This document shows positions 27,380-47,110 of a stretch of DNA of 64,000 nt, piece by piece (within the stretch, counting starts at the first letter, position 1; every line of letters begins with the position of its first letter). The notes beneath the pieces were generated by a model, which was not told the origin of the DNA, ran no database searches, and was given only the letters and a program-made list of their open reading frames with translations. The translations under genes and the position numbers were made by a program. The DNA comes from the human T2T-CHM13v2.0 reference genome, Homo sapiens: assembly GCF_009914755.1 (NCBI RefSeq), contig NC_060927.1; one strand, given 5' to 3'.

Positions 27380-28170
27380 CACACCAAAACTGCACCTCTT
27401 CCTCAATTTCCAATCTGTAGTAAGTGGCATAGTACCTGTCCAATTGCCCAGACCAGAAGTATTGAATATTTCTCTCCTCCTTACTGGCAGCCAACCAATC
27501 ACTAGGGCCTACAAAATCTACTTTGTCAATATCTCTCAACTACACTTATTTCTTACCACACCCACCATCACTACTCTAGTTCAGGTCACCATTCTTTTTC
27601 ATCTGAATTATTGCTAGAACACCCTTCAGAATTTCCCTGCCTACAAGTCTAACATTTTCCAAGAACAGTATCCATGGCATAGCCAGAGTGATCATTCAAA
27701 TGTGCACAAGATAATGAAATTTTCTCCCTTAAGCTCCCTTAAATAATTATTATTATATTCAGACAAATTTCCAACTTTTTAATATGACTTGTCAGGAACC
27801 CACCTACCTGGCCCATTTGTTACCATTTATAGTCCTTACTCACTTCTCTGCAGCCCAGCAAACTAGTTTCAGTTTCCCGAAGGTGCTGTGCATTCCTTTG
27901 CCTCAGTGCCCTTGTCTGTAATATATTTATAGCTCTTCCATGTCTCTCATGGCCAACTGCGTCTTCCCTGAATCCCAAAATCTGGGTTGGTTGTCCCTCT
28001 TATGTATTCCCACTACTTATTTTGCATTATACTCGTACTTATTTTGCATCATACTTGTCTGTTTAGTTTAATGCTTTTCTCATTTGAGTTCAATATCCAA
28101 GAAGTCAAATACCATAAAATATTCACCATTGTATCTTTTGTTTCTCATAATAATATTTGCTGGATTAATG
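27380..28170 (+). mobile_element. L2 LINE
   Basis: ccaatcactagg...tctactttgtcaatatctctc...catagccagagtgatc. Confidence 0.7.
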
Positions 28171-29796
28171 ATTTACCACATTGTTCCCAGAAAACTCACA
28201 CTTTGTAGATGTAATGGTGAGCTGCCTTTCAGACTTGATTAGGAGGTTATTCTGAACTAAACCACAAAAAACAGCTCCAATTTTTAAATATAGAAACACT
28301 CACATTCTGTCCCACTCTTATATAGATGTTCAAATTATGTTCTAATAGTGTAAAAAAATCTCTAATGGACATAATGATAATCTTCTCAATAATGCTTTTA
28401 TTTCCTTTCTAGATATTAAGAAGAAGCTGTACACATTAATATGTGTGCCTCAGGGAGGAGGGGCCAAGATGGCTGAAAGGAACAGCTCTGGTCTGCAGCT
28501 CCCTACGAGACCAATGCAGAAGGCGGGTGATTTCTGCATTTCCAACTGGGGTATCCAGTTCATCTCACTGGGACTGGTTAGGCAGTGGGTACAAACCATG
28601 GAGGGTCCAGAAGCAGAGTGGGGAGTTGCTTCACCCGGAAAGTGCAAGGAGCTGGGGGATCTCCCTTCCCTAGCCAAGGGAAGCCATTGAGGGACTGTGG
28701 TACCTGGCCTGGATACTACACTTTTCCCATGGTTTTCGCAATTTGCAGATCAGGAGATTCCCTCATGTTCCTAAACCACCAGGCCCATGGGTTTCAAGCA
28801 CAAAACTGGGCAGCTATTTGGGCAGATACCAAGCTAGCTGCAGGAATTCTTTTGTACCCCAGTGGCACCTGAAATCCCAGTGAGACAGAACCATTCACTC
28901 CCCTGGAAAGGGGGCTGAAGCCAGGGAGCCAAGTGGTCTTGCTCAGCAGGTGCCGCTCCCGCGGAGCCCAGCAAATTAAGAACCACTGGCTTGAAATTCT
29001 CACTGTCAGCACAGCAGTCTGAAGGCGACCCGGGACGATTGAGCTTGGTGGGGGAAGGGGCATCTGCCATTACTGAGGCTTGAGTAGGCGGTTTTCTCCT
29101 GACAGTGCTAAGGAAGCCTGGGAGGTTTGGACTGGCTGGGCAGAATTCACCACAGCGTGGCAAAGCGGCTGTGGCCAGACTGCTTCTCTAGATTCCTCCT
29201 CACTGGGCAGGGTATCTCTGAAGGAAAGGCAGCTGCCTCAGTCAGGGCCTTACAGATAAAGCTCTCATTTCCCTGGGATAGAGCACCTGGGGGAAGGGGC
29301 AGCTGTGGGTACAGCTTAAGTGGATTTAATCTTTCCTGCCTGCGGGCTCTGAAGAGGGCAGCTGATCCTCACAAGGGTGAATCTCCCAGCACAGCGCTCG
29401 AGCTCTGCTAAGGGACAGATTGCCTCTTTAAGTGGGTCCCCAACCCCCGTGACTCCTGACTGGGAGAGACCTCCCAACAAGGGTCGACAGACCCTTCATA
29501 CAGGAGAGCTCTGGCTGGCATCAAGCCAGTACCCCTCTGGGATGAAGCTTCCAGAGAAGGAGCAGGCAGCAATCTTTGCTGTTCTGCAGCCTCCACTGGT
29601 GATACCCAGGTGAACAGGATCTGGAGTGGACCCTCCAGCAAACTGCAGCAGACCTGCAGAAGAGGGGCCCAACTGTTAGAAGATAAACTAACAAACAGAA
29701 AGCAACAACAGCATTATCAGCAAAAAGGATCATCACACAAAAACCCCATTCAAAGACCATCAGCCTCAAAGATCAAAGATAGGTAAATCCACTAAG

Positions 29797-30815
29797 ATGA
29801 GGAAAAAACAGCAAAAACGCTGAGAATTCCAAAAACCAGAATGCCTCTTCTTCTCCAAATGATTGCAACTCCTCTCCAGCAAGGGCACAAAACTGAATAG
29901 AGAATGAGATTGTTGAATTCACAGGAGTAGGCTTCAGAAGGTGGGTAATAACAAACTCCTCTGAGCTAAAGGAGCATGTTCTAACCCAATGGAAGGAAGC
30001 TAAGAACCCAGATAAAAGGTTGCAGGAACTCCTAACTAGAATAACCAGTTTAGAGAGGAACATAAATGACCTGATGGAGCTGAAAGACACAGCACAAGAA
30101 CTTTGTGAAGCACATGCAAGTATCAATAGCTGAATTGATCAAGTAGAAGAAAGGATATCTGAGATTGAAGATCAGCTTACTGAAATAAGGCATGAAGACA
30201 AGATTAGAGAAAAAGAATGAAAAGGAACAAACAAAGCCTCCAAGAAATATGGGACTATGTGAAAAGACTGAACCTACGTTTGATTGGTGTACCTGAAAGT
30301 GATGTGGAGAAGGGAACCAAGTTGAAAAACACACTTCAGGATATTATCCAGAACTTCCCCAACCTACCAAGACAGGCCAACATTCAAATTCAGGAAATAC
30401 AGAGAACACCACTAAGATACTCCTCGAGAAGGGCAACCCCAAGACACATAGCATCAGATTCTGCAAGGTTGAAATGAAGGAAAAAATGTTAAAGGCAGCC
30501 AGAGAGAAAGGTCAGGTTACCTACAAAGGGAAGCCCACTAGACTAACAGTGGATCTCTCTGCAGAAACCCTACAAGCCAGAAGAGAGTGGGGGCCAATAT
30601 TCAACAGTCTTAAAGAAAAGAATTTTCAACCGCAAATTTCATATCAAGCTGAACTAAGTTTCATAACCAAAGGAGAAATAAAACCTTTTCCAGATGAGCA
30701 AATGCTGAGTGATTTTGTCACCACCAGACCTGCCTTATAAGAGCTCCTGAAGGAAGCACTAAATATGGAAAGGAAAAACCAATACCAGTCACTGCAGAAA
30801 CACATCAAAATATAA
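29797..30815 (+). pseudogene. L1 ORF1p, disrupted
   Basis: Fragments SLQEIWDYVKR.NLRLIGVPE and KAAREKGQVTYKGKP; stops and frameshifts. Confidence 0.93.
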
Positions 30816-30878
30816 AGACCAATGACACTTTGAAGAAACTGCATCGACTATTGTGCAAAATAACCAGCTAGCATCACG

Positions 30879-34629
<3,751 letters not shown>

Positions 34630-34862
34630 ACGATGAGAACATATGAACATAGGGAGGGGAACATCACACACCAGAGCCTGTGGGAGGGTGGGGGGTAAGA
34701 GGAGGGAGAGCATTAGGACAAATACATAATGCATGTGGGGCTTAAAACCTAGATGACCAGTTGATAGGTGCAGCAAACCACCATGGCACATGTATACCTA
34801 TGTAACAAATCTACATGTTCTGAACATGTATCCCAGAACTTAAAGTAAAATAAAATTTAAAA

Positions 34863-34920
34863 TATATATGTGTGTATGTGTGTGTGTGTGTGTGTATGTG
34901 TGTGTGTGTGTGTTTGTTTG
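34863..34920. repeat. (TA)/(TG)n microsatellite
   Basis: Directly visible. Confidence 0.95.
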
Positions 34921-35031
34921 TGCCTCATAACTCTCTGTGGTGCTTGTTGTTGTTCTTTCAGACGTGTAATACCTGAAATTCTTGAAAATACATAACCATC
35001 CAGGAATCACTCTTTTGAGTCCTAGTCTTAC

Positions 35032-35822
35032 TGTTATGAATTGAATGTGTGTGTGTGTCATATGTTGAAGCCCCAAATTCATATGTTGAAGCTGTAACCC
35101 CTAGTATAATGGTATTTGAGAATGGAGCCTCTGGGAGGTAATTAGGTTTAGATAAGTTCATAAAGATGGTGTTATGGTTTGGCTGTGTCCCCACCCAGAT
35201 CTCATCTTGAATTGTAGTTCCCATAATCACTATGTGTTATGGGAGAGACCTGGTGGAAGGTAACTGAATCATGGGGGTGGTTCCCCCTATGCTGCTATTC
35301 TTATGATAGTAAGTTCTCATGAGATCTGATGGTTTTATAGGAGGCTTTTCCCCGCTTCACTCCACACTTCTCCTTGCTGCTGCCATGTGAAGAAAGACGT
35401 GTTTGCTTCCCCTTCCGCCACGATTGTAAGTTTCCTGTGGTCTCCCCAGCCATGCTGAACTGTGAGTCAATTAAACCCCTTTCCTTTATAAATTACCCAA
35501 TCTTGGGTATGTCTTTTTTAGCAGCATGCAAACGGGCTAATACAGGTCAGTTCTCTGTGATGGGATTAGTGTATTTATAAGGAAAAGGAGAGAACAGAGT
35601 TCTCAGTCTCTCTCTCTCTCTCTGTCTTTCTCTGCCATGTGAGGACACAGTGAGAAGGCACCCAACTGGGAAATAGGAAGAGAAGGCCCACACTGGGGAA
35701 CTGAATCAGTCAGTACCTTGATATTGAATTTGTCAGCCTTCAGAACTGTGTGAAATAAATTTCTGTTGCTTAAGCCACCTAGTTTATGGTATTCTGTTAT
35801 GCAGCTCCAGTTGACTAATACA
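35032..35822 (+). mobile_element. MLT1A-like MaLR solo LTR split by THE1
   Basis: aaattcatatgttgaagc...ccatgtgaggacacagtgagaaggca...aaataaatttctgttg. Confidence 0.85.
35170..35544 (+). mobile_element. THE1C-like MaLR solo LTR
   Basis: tgttatggtttggctgtgtccccaccc...gggctaataca. Confidence 0.9.
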
Positions 35823-37132
35823 TTTACTAAACAACAATTAATCATCATTGTATTCGTCTAAATGGAGGGCTAAATGAAATATATATGTTTATAAACAGAA
35901 AACCAATGTGAACTTTTGGTACTTCTAAGGTGAGAAACTCCAAAATGTTAAAAATCAATTAAACTAACCATTCATTCAAAACATTTGTGCCAGTTCCCTA
36001 CAAAAAGGGAAAAAGAATACTCCTTCTCATAGGGAAAACTTTTATTGACTGTGTTGTGCTCTGGGCCTTTTTCTCCATTTCTCATATCCCCAAATTCCCC
36101 TTTTCAGGAATATAGCAATACATTTGATTAGATGAAAGCCTACCTAATGTCATCATTCTTGTTGTATGGCTCTCAGTACAGACAGTATTTTTCCACTTGT
36201 TTCATAACAACATGTTTTTCCCATTATTGGGATATCTGAGAGCACAGAAAATAAAAAGAAATTATTACCTTGTATACTACCAGAGAAGACTCTAAAGCCT
36301 ATACTAAAAATGTAATGGATCTTTTTGGTACTGAATTTTTTGAAGAAACTTAGAAGATGATGCACATACGAATATAGATCCTCCACTTTATACTAATGTG
36401 TCAGACATTGTATGTGTGTATTGTTTCTGTAGAGATATCATCAAATGAACATCAGTTTGACAAGAAAATAAACATTATCTTTAAAGCAATAGCAATACAT
36501 TGGTGTTAGTGTTGTACTGATATCCATGGGCTCTGGATAATTTTAAGAACTGAAAGTCAAGGAAGAACTCAGGAGGTTCACAAATGGAAAAGAAAACTGA
36601 ATTGAGAGGAGTCTTGAATGTTAGGTCAAACTGTCACTAGCTGTGAATCTGAAAAATTCATGAATATATGATTCAGTTTCCTCTCTCATTGAAATGTCAT
36701 TCCATATAAGAGAGGAAGTCAAATAAAATAAGTCAATGGATATTGAGAGTTAAAAGTTTTAAATTGGTACAGTTTAAGCACTGCTAGAAAACAGAAAAAT
36801 TGAACTCCTGCTCAGTTACCGGGTAACACCCTTAATGGGACTTCAGTCAACCAGGCACCCTACATGCTTCACACCATGTAGTCTCTCTCTTGAAAATATC
36901 TGGTGAAGCAATTTAAAAAATTAATAACATGTACTTAATAACATGTACATTGTAACTGAGACCACAAGGGATTATCCAGAATCACACTGTGTTTATATGT
37001 ATTAACCTTGTACTTAAACTGATGTTCTATATGCAGTAGATAATATGCAATATAAAGTGTGATGTACAGCAACCATTTACCGGCAAAATGATAATAAACA
37101 TAGCAAATGCTTTTAGTGCTTTATCTATATCC

Positions 37133-37553
37133 TTGTCCTTGCCACCTTAGTGCATCCAAGCCTATCTTCTAACTTTCAGCATCTGTATGTCTTTGTCTGA
37201 GAGCCTTCTCTCTTGCTAACATAGTCCAGTTTCTCATCTATGTGTTACCTGAAGTAGTCTCCGAGTGCTGGCCTACTAACACCAACACCCTCCTGTGTAG
37301 GCAGTCTTCAACATATTACTCACTGGAGTTGATGTATAAATGCCCCAGCTCCCTTGCACATTAAAGAACACTCTGAGACATGCGGTTTACACTGACTCTG
37401 AATTTCCCCAGACAGATTAACCTCCAGTTGCCCACCCTTCCCGTTCTCATTTCTCCTCTCCCTTACTAATACTTCCTGTATCTCTCAAATAAATTAATTT
37501 TGCATTTGAGCTCTTGCTCAGGTGTTTTTTTCTAGAAGAGCCTAAATTAGGAA
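37133..37553 (+). mobile_element. ERVL solo LTR (LTR16-like)
   Basis: ggagttgatgtataaatgccccagctccc; 3' caaataaatt...ttgca...cttgctcagg...cctaaattag. Confidence 0.65.
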
Positions 37554-37564
37554 AATAAAATTGT

Positions 37565-38013
<449 letters not shown>

Positions 38014-40280
38014 AAATTGTATTTTAAGTTATATTAGTATTGATGCTCCTGGAGTCCTCCTCCTTTGCTTTGGGAAGGAGAAGAAGCCCCTCTTCATTCC
38101 TACCACTGTGGGGAGGGTAGGTGTGTGGTGATGGGAATAGTCTCTTTTTAAAAACCCTGAAGCACTCAAAAGGGTAGCCTTCTTTCTCTTAGTCCTCCCC
38201 TTAAAATATCTTGGGATGTGGGTGGAGTCTAGGTTGTTAGGAAAGTCTTTGAACTGACATTTCTAAGTGGTTCTTGAAAGGAGATGGATGGCATAGCCTG
38301 TGGTGGTTCTCTGAGCTCAGAATGTGGGATCTTTACCTAGGCTGCAGGAAAATCCCAGTCAGCCTCCCAGAACAGGTCTCTGGGTTAGGCCCTCTCCAGC
38401 ACCAGGGTAAGAGGTTCTCAGAGAAATTCACAGGGATGTGGGAAAAACTTGTGGGGACAGAGACAATGGTCTTGGGACAAGGGTGAGCTAGGACAGCTGG
38501 GGAATAGAAACACAGGCAAGAGGTAAGGCAGCATCCTCATTGTGTGCCTTAAGGAGGTGTAGAACAGCTTCTTTGTACAGAATTAGGTCCTAGTAAAGCT
38601 GTGGGGGAGGAGATTGTTGAATCCTGCATCTTGAATGGTAAGTATTCCCCTGGCTAAGGAGATTGGAGGCTTGGAGAGGAGCAGGGAGGACTCTCGTAGA
38701 CAGAACGGCATATGCAAAGGCATTGAGAATTAAAATACTTTATGGGTGCACTCTGGGAAAGCATTTCCACAGTCCTTGTTGAGTGACACTGCTGTTATCA
38801 TTTATGGCATTGTGTATTTTAATTTTTAATTAGCAAATTGAAAAATAGTTCTAGATACCAACAATGACAAGAATTATGACCACTTCTTTAAAACTTGAGT
38901 AGTGAAAGATCCTTCTCACAAGAAAAGAAAAAGTTTAAAAATGACTGAACCTGAAAGCTGCCCTGTGATGGCTATTTAAGCCACAGCTTCTCTTCTGGCT
39001 TTTCTGACCTTTCCCCAAGACTCGTGGTGATGCCGGTGCTTGTCATCTTCATCATCACTCATCTGTTCTCCCTGTAGGACATCCATGTCCAGATGTCAAG
39101 GCAGGGCAGCTGACTGGCAGTGTTAAGATGACTTTTATCTTGTTCTAAATGATGAAGAATTGCTTTAGACAAAATGACTCATCACCTTCTACAGCCTTCC
39201 TGCTGACATAGAAAACCTTACATTTCATAAGCCTTTTGACTGGTATCATATGAAAAGGATTGTTCAGCAGTAGGCCATATTTTTAGTTATTTTTGCTTTT
39301 GTTTTCCAGCAAGACACCAGGGATTTCATTTCACAGCTAGCTGGCACACTGAGTGTTAGTTCTTAGGAACGCATTGTTAGGTTTTACAACTCCATGGAAC
39401 CCTGTTCTTCAGGTAGTTGCTCATCTGTCGAGAATCCAAAAGGAATCGTCACACTGGGGATAACCACCATTCTGTGAGAATGCTAATGTCATCTTGCCAC
39501 CTGGATTTCTAAACCAGGATTGTGTTTTAATTTTTATTTTACGTGGGCCATCTCTCCTCTAAGTTGGAAATAAATATCCGACAGAAGAGAAAATGATTAA
39601 ATTATAATCTGTCGCTCTATTGTGTAACAAAAATGATTCAAAAATTTTTCATAGAAAACTTATTATTCTAATTACTATGTTAGTTGAAATCCTTATTCAA
39701 AATTGTACAATTATTGATTATTTAGAAATCAATAGAAAAATGGATAGAACTGAAAAGCAAAGAATATTCTTGCCATTTAGAGTTAAAATTATGAAAGAAT
39801 TGAAAATAGTTGCTTAAGTAGGGTAAGAAATAGGATAGTAAAGAGACAATATTTTTCTCCCACAAGCCTTGTAAAACTATTTGGCTCTAAATTACTTTAT
39901 GAAAATTTTAAAGGGGCTATAAAGAGATTTGAAAGTTAAGAAGAAAATATTTTTAAAAGTATACATTTGGTTTTTAATTAAAATTATATAAAAATTTAGA
40001 TTTGTTTAATTTGAGGAGAATTACTTGAGACATGCTAACCTGGGAAGAAGGCAGAAACAACTTTAGCCATCAATAGTATTTAAAACCTGTGAGCAAAACT
40101 AGGTCATAATTGAATGACTGCAGAGGATCCAGCCAGCCAGGGAGTGTGTCTGAAATGCATGCTTAGTGATGCTCTTCTAAGGTGACCATTTGAGCCAAAG
40201 TCAGAATTCAAAAAAGACCAGAGTTAGGGAATACAAGAGAAAAAGTGAGTCTGGCCAAATACTGGAAACAATACATCTAT

Positions 40281-40471
40281 CAAGTTTATCCAAGCCACCT
40301 TATTTTGTTGTTGTTTTGTTTTACTTTAGGCTTTTAGCAGCCTGAAACCAGGTTTTTAATTTCTGTCTCTAATGATAACCAGAAAAGAGGGATGAGAAAG
40401 GGGATTTACTGGCCCAACCAGAAACAGAAACTAAGAATCCATGACTATATTCTGTCTCTTGGATACCCCTG
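40281..40471 (-). mobile_element. MER107-like primate hAT DNA transposon
   Basis: ~190 bp with termini caagtttatccaa and ttggatacccctg; internal ggcccaaccagaaacagaaactaagaa. Confidence 0.75.
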
Positions 40472-40808
40472 ATTCTAGATTTTTATATGTTGTTGCCGTC
40501 ATATTTTTGGGTGAGCTTGTCCTATTTAAGGACTCCAGAAAGAAGGGGCTCCTATTTTCCTTCTAACTTGCATTTCGAGTTTACTGTTAGAAATATTTGA
40601 TGAGTTATAGTACTTGCTGAGGCAGGCAGTGAGTTTTGAGGAATTGCTATCCCATGTCATTCCCAATGAGCTGAGTCCTAGAAAAATCTTTGGTATTGCC
40701 AAAGGTCAGGTGCCTCTTCAATGACGGTTTCTTCTCATGTTCTCCTTTTTGGAATATCATCTGCTGTGGAGTGGGATCCATATGCGTGATTGTCATGAAA
40801 AGAGCTAG

Positions 40809-41263
<455 letters not shown>

Positions 41264-41699
41264 TGAAGATTCCTTTAACAGAGGGAAATACTTTATAATT
41301 CTGTTAGATATTGACCTCGTGTCCATGTTGTAGGGAAAAAATGGCAAAGAAGCAAGGATGGAAATGGCTGTGCTAAAGAAATATTCAGTATAAAATTCGC
41401 ATCCCAAAGTGACTTGGGAGTTAGATCAATTGCATTGTATGCAAAATAAGTATAGGAGAAGAAATATTCGCTGTCCTGATGACATATATCGGGCATTCAT
41501 CTTTGAATGATGAGTAGCATACAGGTGATTGCAAATGTAGAGGACTTACCATAGTGCCAAAAAATGCAAATTGTGGGTAATTGTATAACTCATTGAGCAA
41601 AGATCTTAATAAGCAAACAGGCAGTGACTGGTGTGGATAGGACTAAATGATAATTTTGCAAATGGTTCTGATGTGTTTACATTGTACATAAAAATTTTA

Positions 41700-42035
<336 letters not shown>

Positions 42036-42099
42036 CTATGGGCACTGGAATTTGATGTCAAAGAAATTTATCAAATCTCTCCCCATAAGTATTCAATAT

Positions 42100-42670
<571 letters not shown>

Positions 42671-43212
42671 GGAAATTTTAACTCTGGCATTTCTGTTTCT
42701 ACACTTAGTAATAAATAATAAATCAATATTAATTTTCTCTTCCATTGGTACAAATAGAAAAACGGTTATATACTCTGTTCATGTATATTTCTGTTAGCTT
42801 TTCTGCCACGTCACCTTTTAAAATATTAAACAGATGAATAAAAGTCATGTTTCATTTACAAATAGCTCTTTCTTCCTTCCAGCTGTTTGTGTCAGTGCTA
42901 GCTCTCATTAATAAAGAGAGATGAACTAGTTAAAATGTTAATGTTAAGTGGTAAGTATTAGGGAGTGTTCTGTTTTCGAGATACTGAAGTATAAGGTCTG
43001 TAACAGTAGCAATGATTGATGATGTTCTCTAAGGAAACCAGACCTCTATAAAATTGTGGGAATAACTAATGGTTACTAATTATTCCTCTGTTTACATGGC
43101 AGAATTTGCCCTCTATTATTCATGGATTTTTCAGTATATGCTATATCTAACCAGACACTTTCAATTTTTAAAATGATGCTATTCTAGTATTTGCATTTAT
43201 TTCTCTCTCTCT

Positions 43213-43249
<37 letters not shown>

Positions 43250-43250
<1 letters not shown>

Positions 43251-44420
43251 TCCTACTGTGTGTATATATGGCCTACTATGTGCTAGATGCTGTGCTAAGT
43301 TCTAGACATAAAGATCGAATAAGATGACACAATCCTCATTTTCACAGGTGATTCTTACTTTCATGTGATTCTGCTGGAGGCAAATATAAAACAGATAATT
43401 TTATAAATAAACAGTTGTTTAATTACAATGCTAACAGACTGTCAAGGGAAAGCACAAGGTTTATGAAATGTCGGGGAGACTAATTCTAATACTAACGTTA
43501 CACAAGGAAGTGGGAGCCAGATCATGCAAAGGCTTGTAAGCCTTTAGTGGATTTTATTTTGAAATCAATAATTAGTTATCAGGTAAAGATACTGAAGAGA
43601 TAAGCATTTCCAGCAAGAGACTACTGAAATAGTGAAGTCGTCAGATGGTAGGGTCTTGCTTAGTGTGGTGGTCTCCGAAAAAAAAAATGAAGGGACATGA
43701 TAGAAAGTTGAGTATGTATCTGAGGGCCTGGTTATGAGATCTTGGGATTTGAAATAACAGGAAATTTGGGTGTGAAAAACTAACTTTGATTTTTGACATG
43801 TCAAATTCCACATGACATTGGAGTATTCACAGGAACTCTTTATAATAAATAAGCCATGGTGTCCTGGCTAAAAAATTGGGAACCATTCCCAGGATTTCTG
43901 TGAATAGTTTTTACACTTGGGTAAGCCCAAGGAAGGGGCAGATGTTTTAAATTTGCACCAAGGTGGAAAGAGTCTGTGCATCTATAGTGTTGCATCTGGT
44001 GCCCAGAAGTTTTGTCATTTTTGCATTCACACATGTGCTGTATGACCTAAGAGTAATTTAAATGTGGGAATTGGCTGAACTCTTGAGGAATAAGTGCGAA
44101 GGGAGAGATTTAGAAGGCCATTATAAGTGAGAGGGAAGAAGGTGACGAACAAGGCAATCTGATGGAAATGTAATAATGTGAAAAGAAGGGAGACATTAAA
44201 GCAAGTACAGGAGAAGACATCAAGGAGGGAGAAGTCAACAGCGTCAAATGCAGCAAAATTTTTAAAAAGAGGTTAGGATGAGAAACAATTACTGAATTTG
44301 GTTATTGGAATTTTAATGAGAGAATTTAGAGAAAGTTGTGAGAATAGAAGCTAGATTTATTTCATTTATACATTCATTCATTGGGTTTAAGCAGATTAAA
44401 AAGGTGGGATCTAGAGGAAG
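43250..44420 (-). mobile_element. L2 LINE
   Basis: cctactatgtgctagatgctgtgctaag; gccagatcatgcaaaggcttgtaagcc; gtcaaatgcagca. Confidence 0.75.
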
Positions 44421-44989
44421 CCACCTTTATGAAGATTCATTCAAAGAAAGCAAAATCTAATTATCTTTAAACTAAAAGTAAAAAAAAAATTGGTGCATGA
44501 GGAGAGGTTAAACTCAAAGTAAAAAAAATAATCAGTGCATGAGGAGAGATATTATAAAAGAAAAGGAAAACATATGGAAGTAGAACTTCAGAGATTTGAA
44601 AAGAGAAGGAAAAGCAGATAATTACAGGATTAGCTAGCATAATTTTAAACATGGATTCGTTAGCAGGAGAAAGTTTGGTTGTTAGGCTTAGGCTAGAGAG
44701 CCTACAAATGGAAATAAAAGACTAAATTTGGTTAAATTATTTAAGAATTTTTATTTCTAGTGTTATCTATTACAGTCCCCTAAATAGCTTTATTATAAAT
44801 GAAGAGCCAATTTATGAAGACATTAGTGGGAAATAAGTTCTGAAAAATCAATTTTGTGTGTATGTAAACTGTATTTTGGTTTGTAGTTTACAGAGTTAAA
44901 CTTATTTGTTTTTTATCTTTTAAAATCGTCTTATTCATATGGTAAATCTGAAAAAAATATTTTAATCAGATGAACAATGGAGATAGTAG

Positions 44990-47110
44990 TGTTTCCATAT
45001 ACTAGCAACAGATATTTGAAAAACAAAACAAAAATAACATGCTTTATAACAGCATCAAAATATTATATACTTACGAATAACCTTAATAAAAGTATATATG
45101 ACTTTATACAGTTAACTAAAAAATATTTCTAAGAGAAATTTCAGGAAATCTAAATAAATGGAAGTTCAGCCCATTTTTATGAATGAGACCATTCAATATT
45201 TTTAAAATGTAAATTCTACCAAATTGATATTTAAACTCAATGCAGCCCCTTTTAAAATAGCTTTTATTCTTTTTTTGGGTAAACATTGTCAATGCGATTT
45301 TAAACTTTATTTTGAAAAAAAAAAACCTAGAATAAACAAAATAATCTTGCAAAAGAAAAATATTGGAGGACTTATACTACTTATACTACTTGACTTCAAG
45401 ACATAGTATAAAGCAATAATAATTAAGAGAGTGTGATATTAGTATAAGAATAGAAAAATAGGTCAATAGAACAGAATAGAGTTCAGAAATAAACCCATCA
45501 TATATGGTCAGTAAAGTTTTCAACAAAAGTACCAAGAAATGTCAATGAGGAAAGGAAATTTTTTTCAGGAAATTGTGCTGGATAAATATATGAAAAATAA
45601 TTAATCTTAATTAATTACCTCACACCATTTACAGACATTATTTTGATATGGATTGCATACTTAAACATAAAAGCTGAAAGTATAACTATTCTAGAAGAAA
45701 ATGAATAAAATGGACTTAATACAAAATTTAAAACCTCTGCTTTTTAAAAGACACCATTTGACCCAGCAATCCCATTACTGGATATATACTCAAAGAATTA
45801 TAAATCATTCTTCCATAAAGACACATGCACACATATGTTTATTGCGGCACTGTTCACAATAGCAAAGACTTGGAACCAACCCAAATGCCCATCAATGATA
45901 GACTGGATAAAGAAAATGCAGCACATATACACCATGGAATACTATGCAGCCATAAAAAAGGATGAGTTCATGTCCTTTGCAGGGACATGGATGACGGTGG
46001 AAACCATCATTCTCAGCAAACTAACACAAGAACAGAAAACCAAACACCGCATGTTCTCACTTATAAGTGGGAGTTGATCAATGAAAATGCATGGACACAG
46101 GGAGGGGAACACCACACACCAGGGCCTGTCGGAGGGGGTGGGGTGCTATGGGAGGGATAGCATTAGGAGAAATACCTAATATAGATGACGGGTTGATGGG
46201 TGCAGCAAACCACCATGGCACATGTATACCTATGTAACAACCCTGCTTGTTCTGCACATGTACCCTAGAACTTAGTATAATACAAAATAAATAAATAAAT
46301 AAATAAATAAAAATAAAATTAAAGGTAAGCTATAGAGTAGGTGATACTTGCAACACATATATCAGGCACAGGAGTTGTATTCAGTATACATAAATAACTA
46401 CAGTTCAATGTTAAGAAGGCAATCACCCAATTATATTGGGCAAGAGATCTTAACAGAAACTTCACAAAAGAAGATATGAAATAGCCATTAAGCATACACA
46501 AAAAAACTGCTTAGCATCATTAGTCATAGGAAGATGCAAATTAAAGCCACAATAAAGTGTCATCTTGCCCCCACTGAAGTGGTTGCTGAAGATGAAAAGC
46601 AATAGAAACAATGAGGGTAGGAATGTAAAGTAGTAACATCTCTCTGGAAAACTCTTGGCAATTCTTTATCAAGTTAAATATGTAACTACCCTAGCACCCA
46701 GCAATTTTACTCCCAGGTATTTGTCCCAAAGAGATGAAAATATGTGTCCAGAAAATGACACATAAAAGAATGTTTACGTGTCATTACATACGAATAAAGG
46801 TGTCATATAGCACCTTTATTCAGGTGCTATAAACATTATTTATAATAACTCAGAACTGGAGATAACCTAAATGTCTATCAACAGCAACAAAAAAATGAAT
46901 CAACAAATTGTGGTATTCATACCAAAAAGTAATACTCAAAAAGAACAAACTTAATACGTGCTATGACATGGATGAACCTTGAAAACATTACGTTGAGTGA
47001 AAGAAGCCAGACACAAAAGACTATAAATTGTATTATTTCATTCATGTAAAGTTCACAAATAGGCAAAACTAATCTATGGTGAGGGAAATCAAAACAGGGG
47101 CTACCCATGG
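44990..47110 (+). mobile_element. Old L1M (L1MD/ME-like) ORF2 3' part and 3'UTR
   Basis: ggaggactta...acttgacttcaagacatagtataaagc; tgagtgaaagaagccagacacaaaag. Confidence 0.85.
45752..46318 (+). mobile_element. L1PA (PA6-7-like) 3' fragment nested in L1M
   Basis: MFIAALFTIAKTWNQPKCP; 3'UTR; (TAAA)n tail. Confidence 0.9.

Noticed and set aside
39910-40550. Ebola NP-like blocks (IKNQMYTFK, RF.ILL.K.V, YSPF)
   Set aside because: AT-rich composition bias, wrong gene order and chance-level scores
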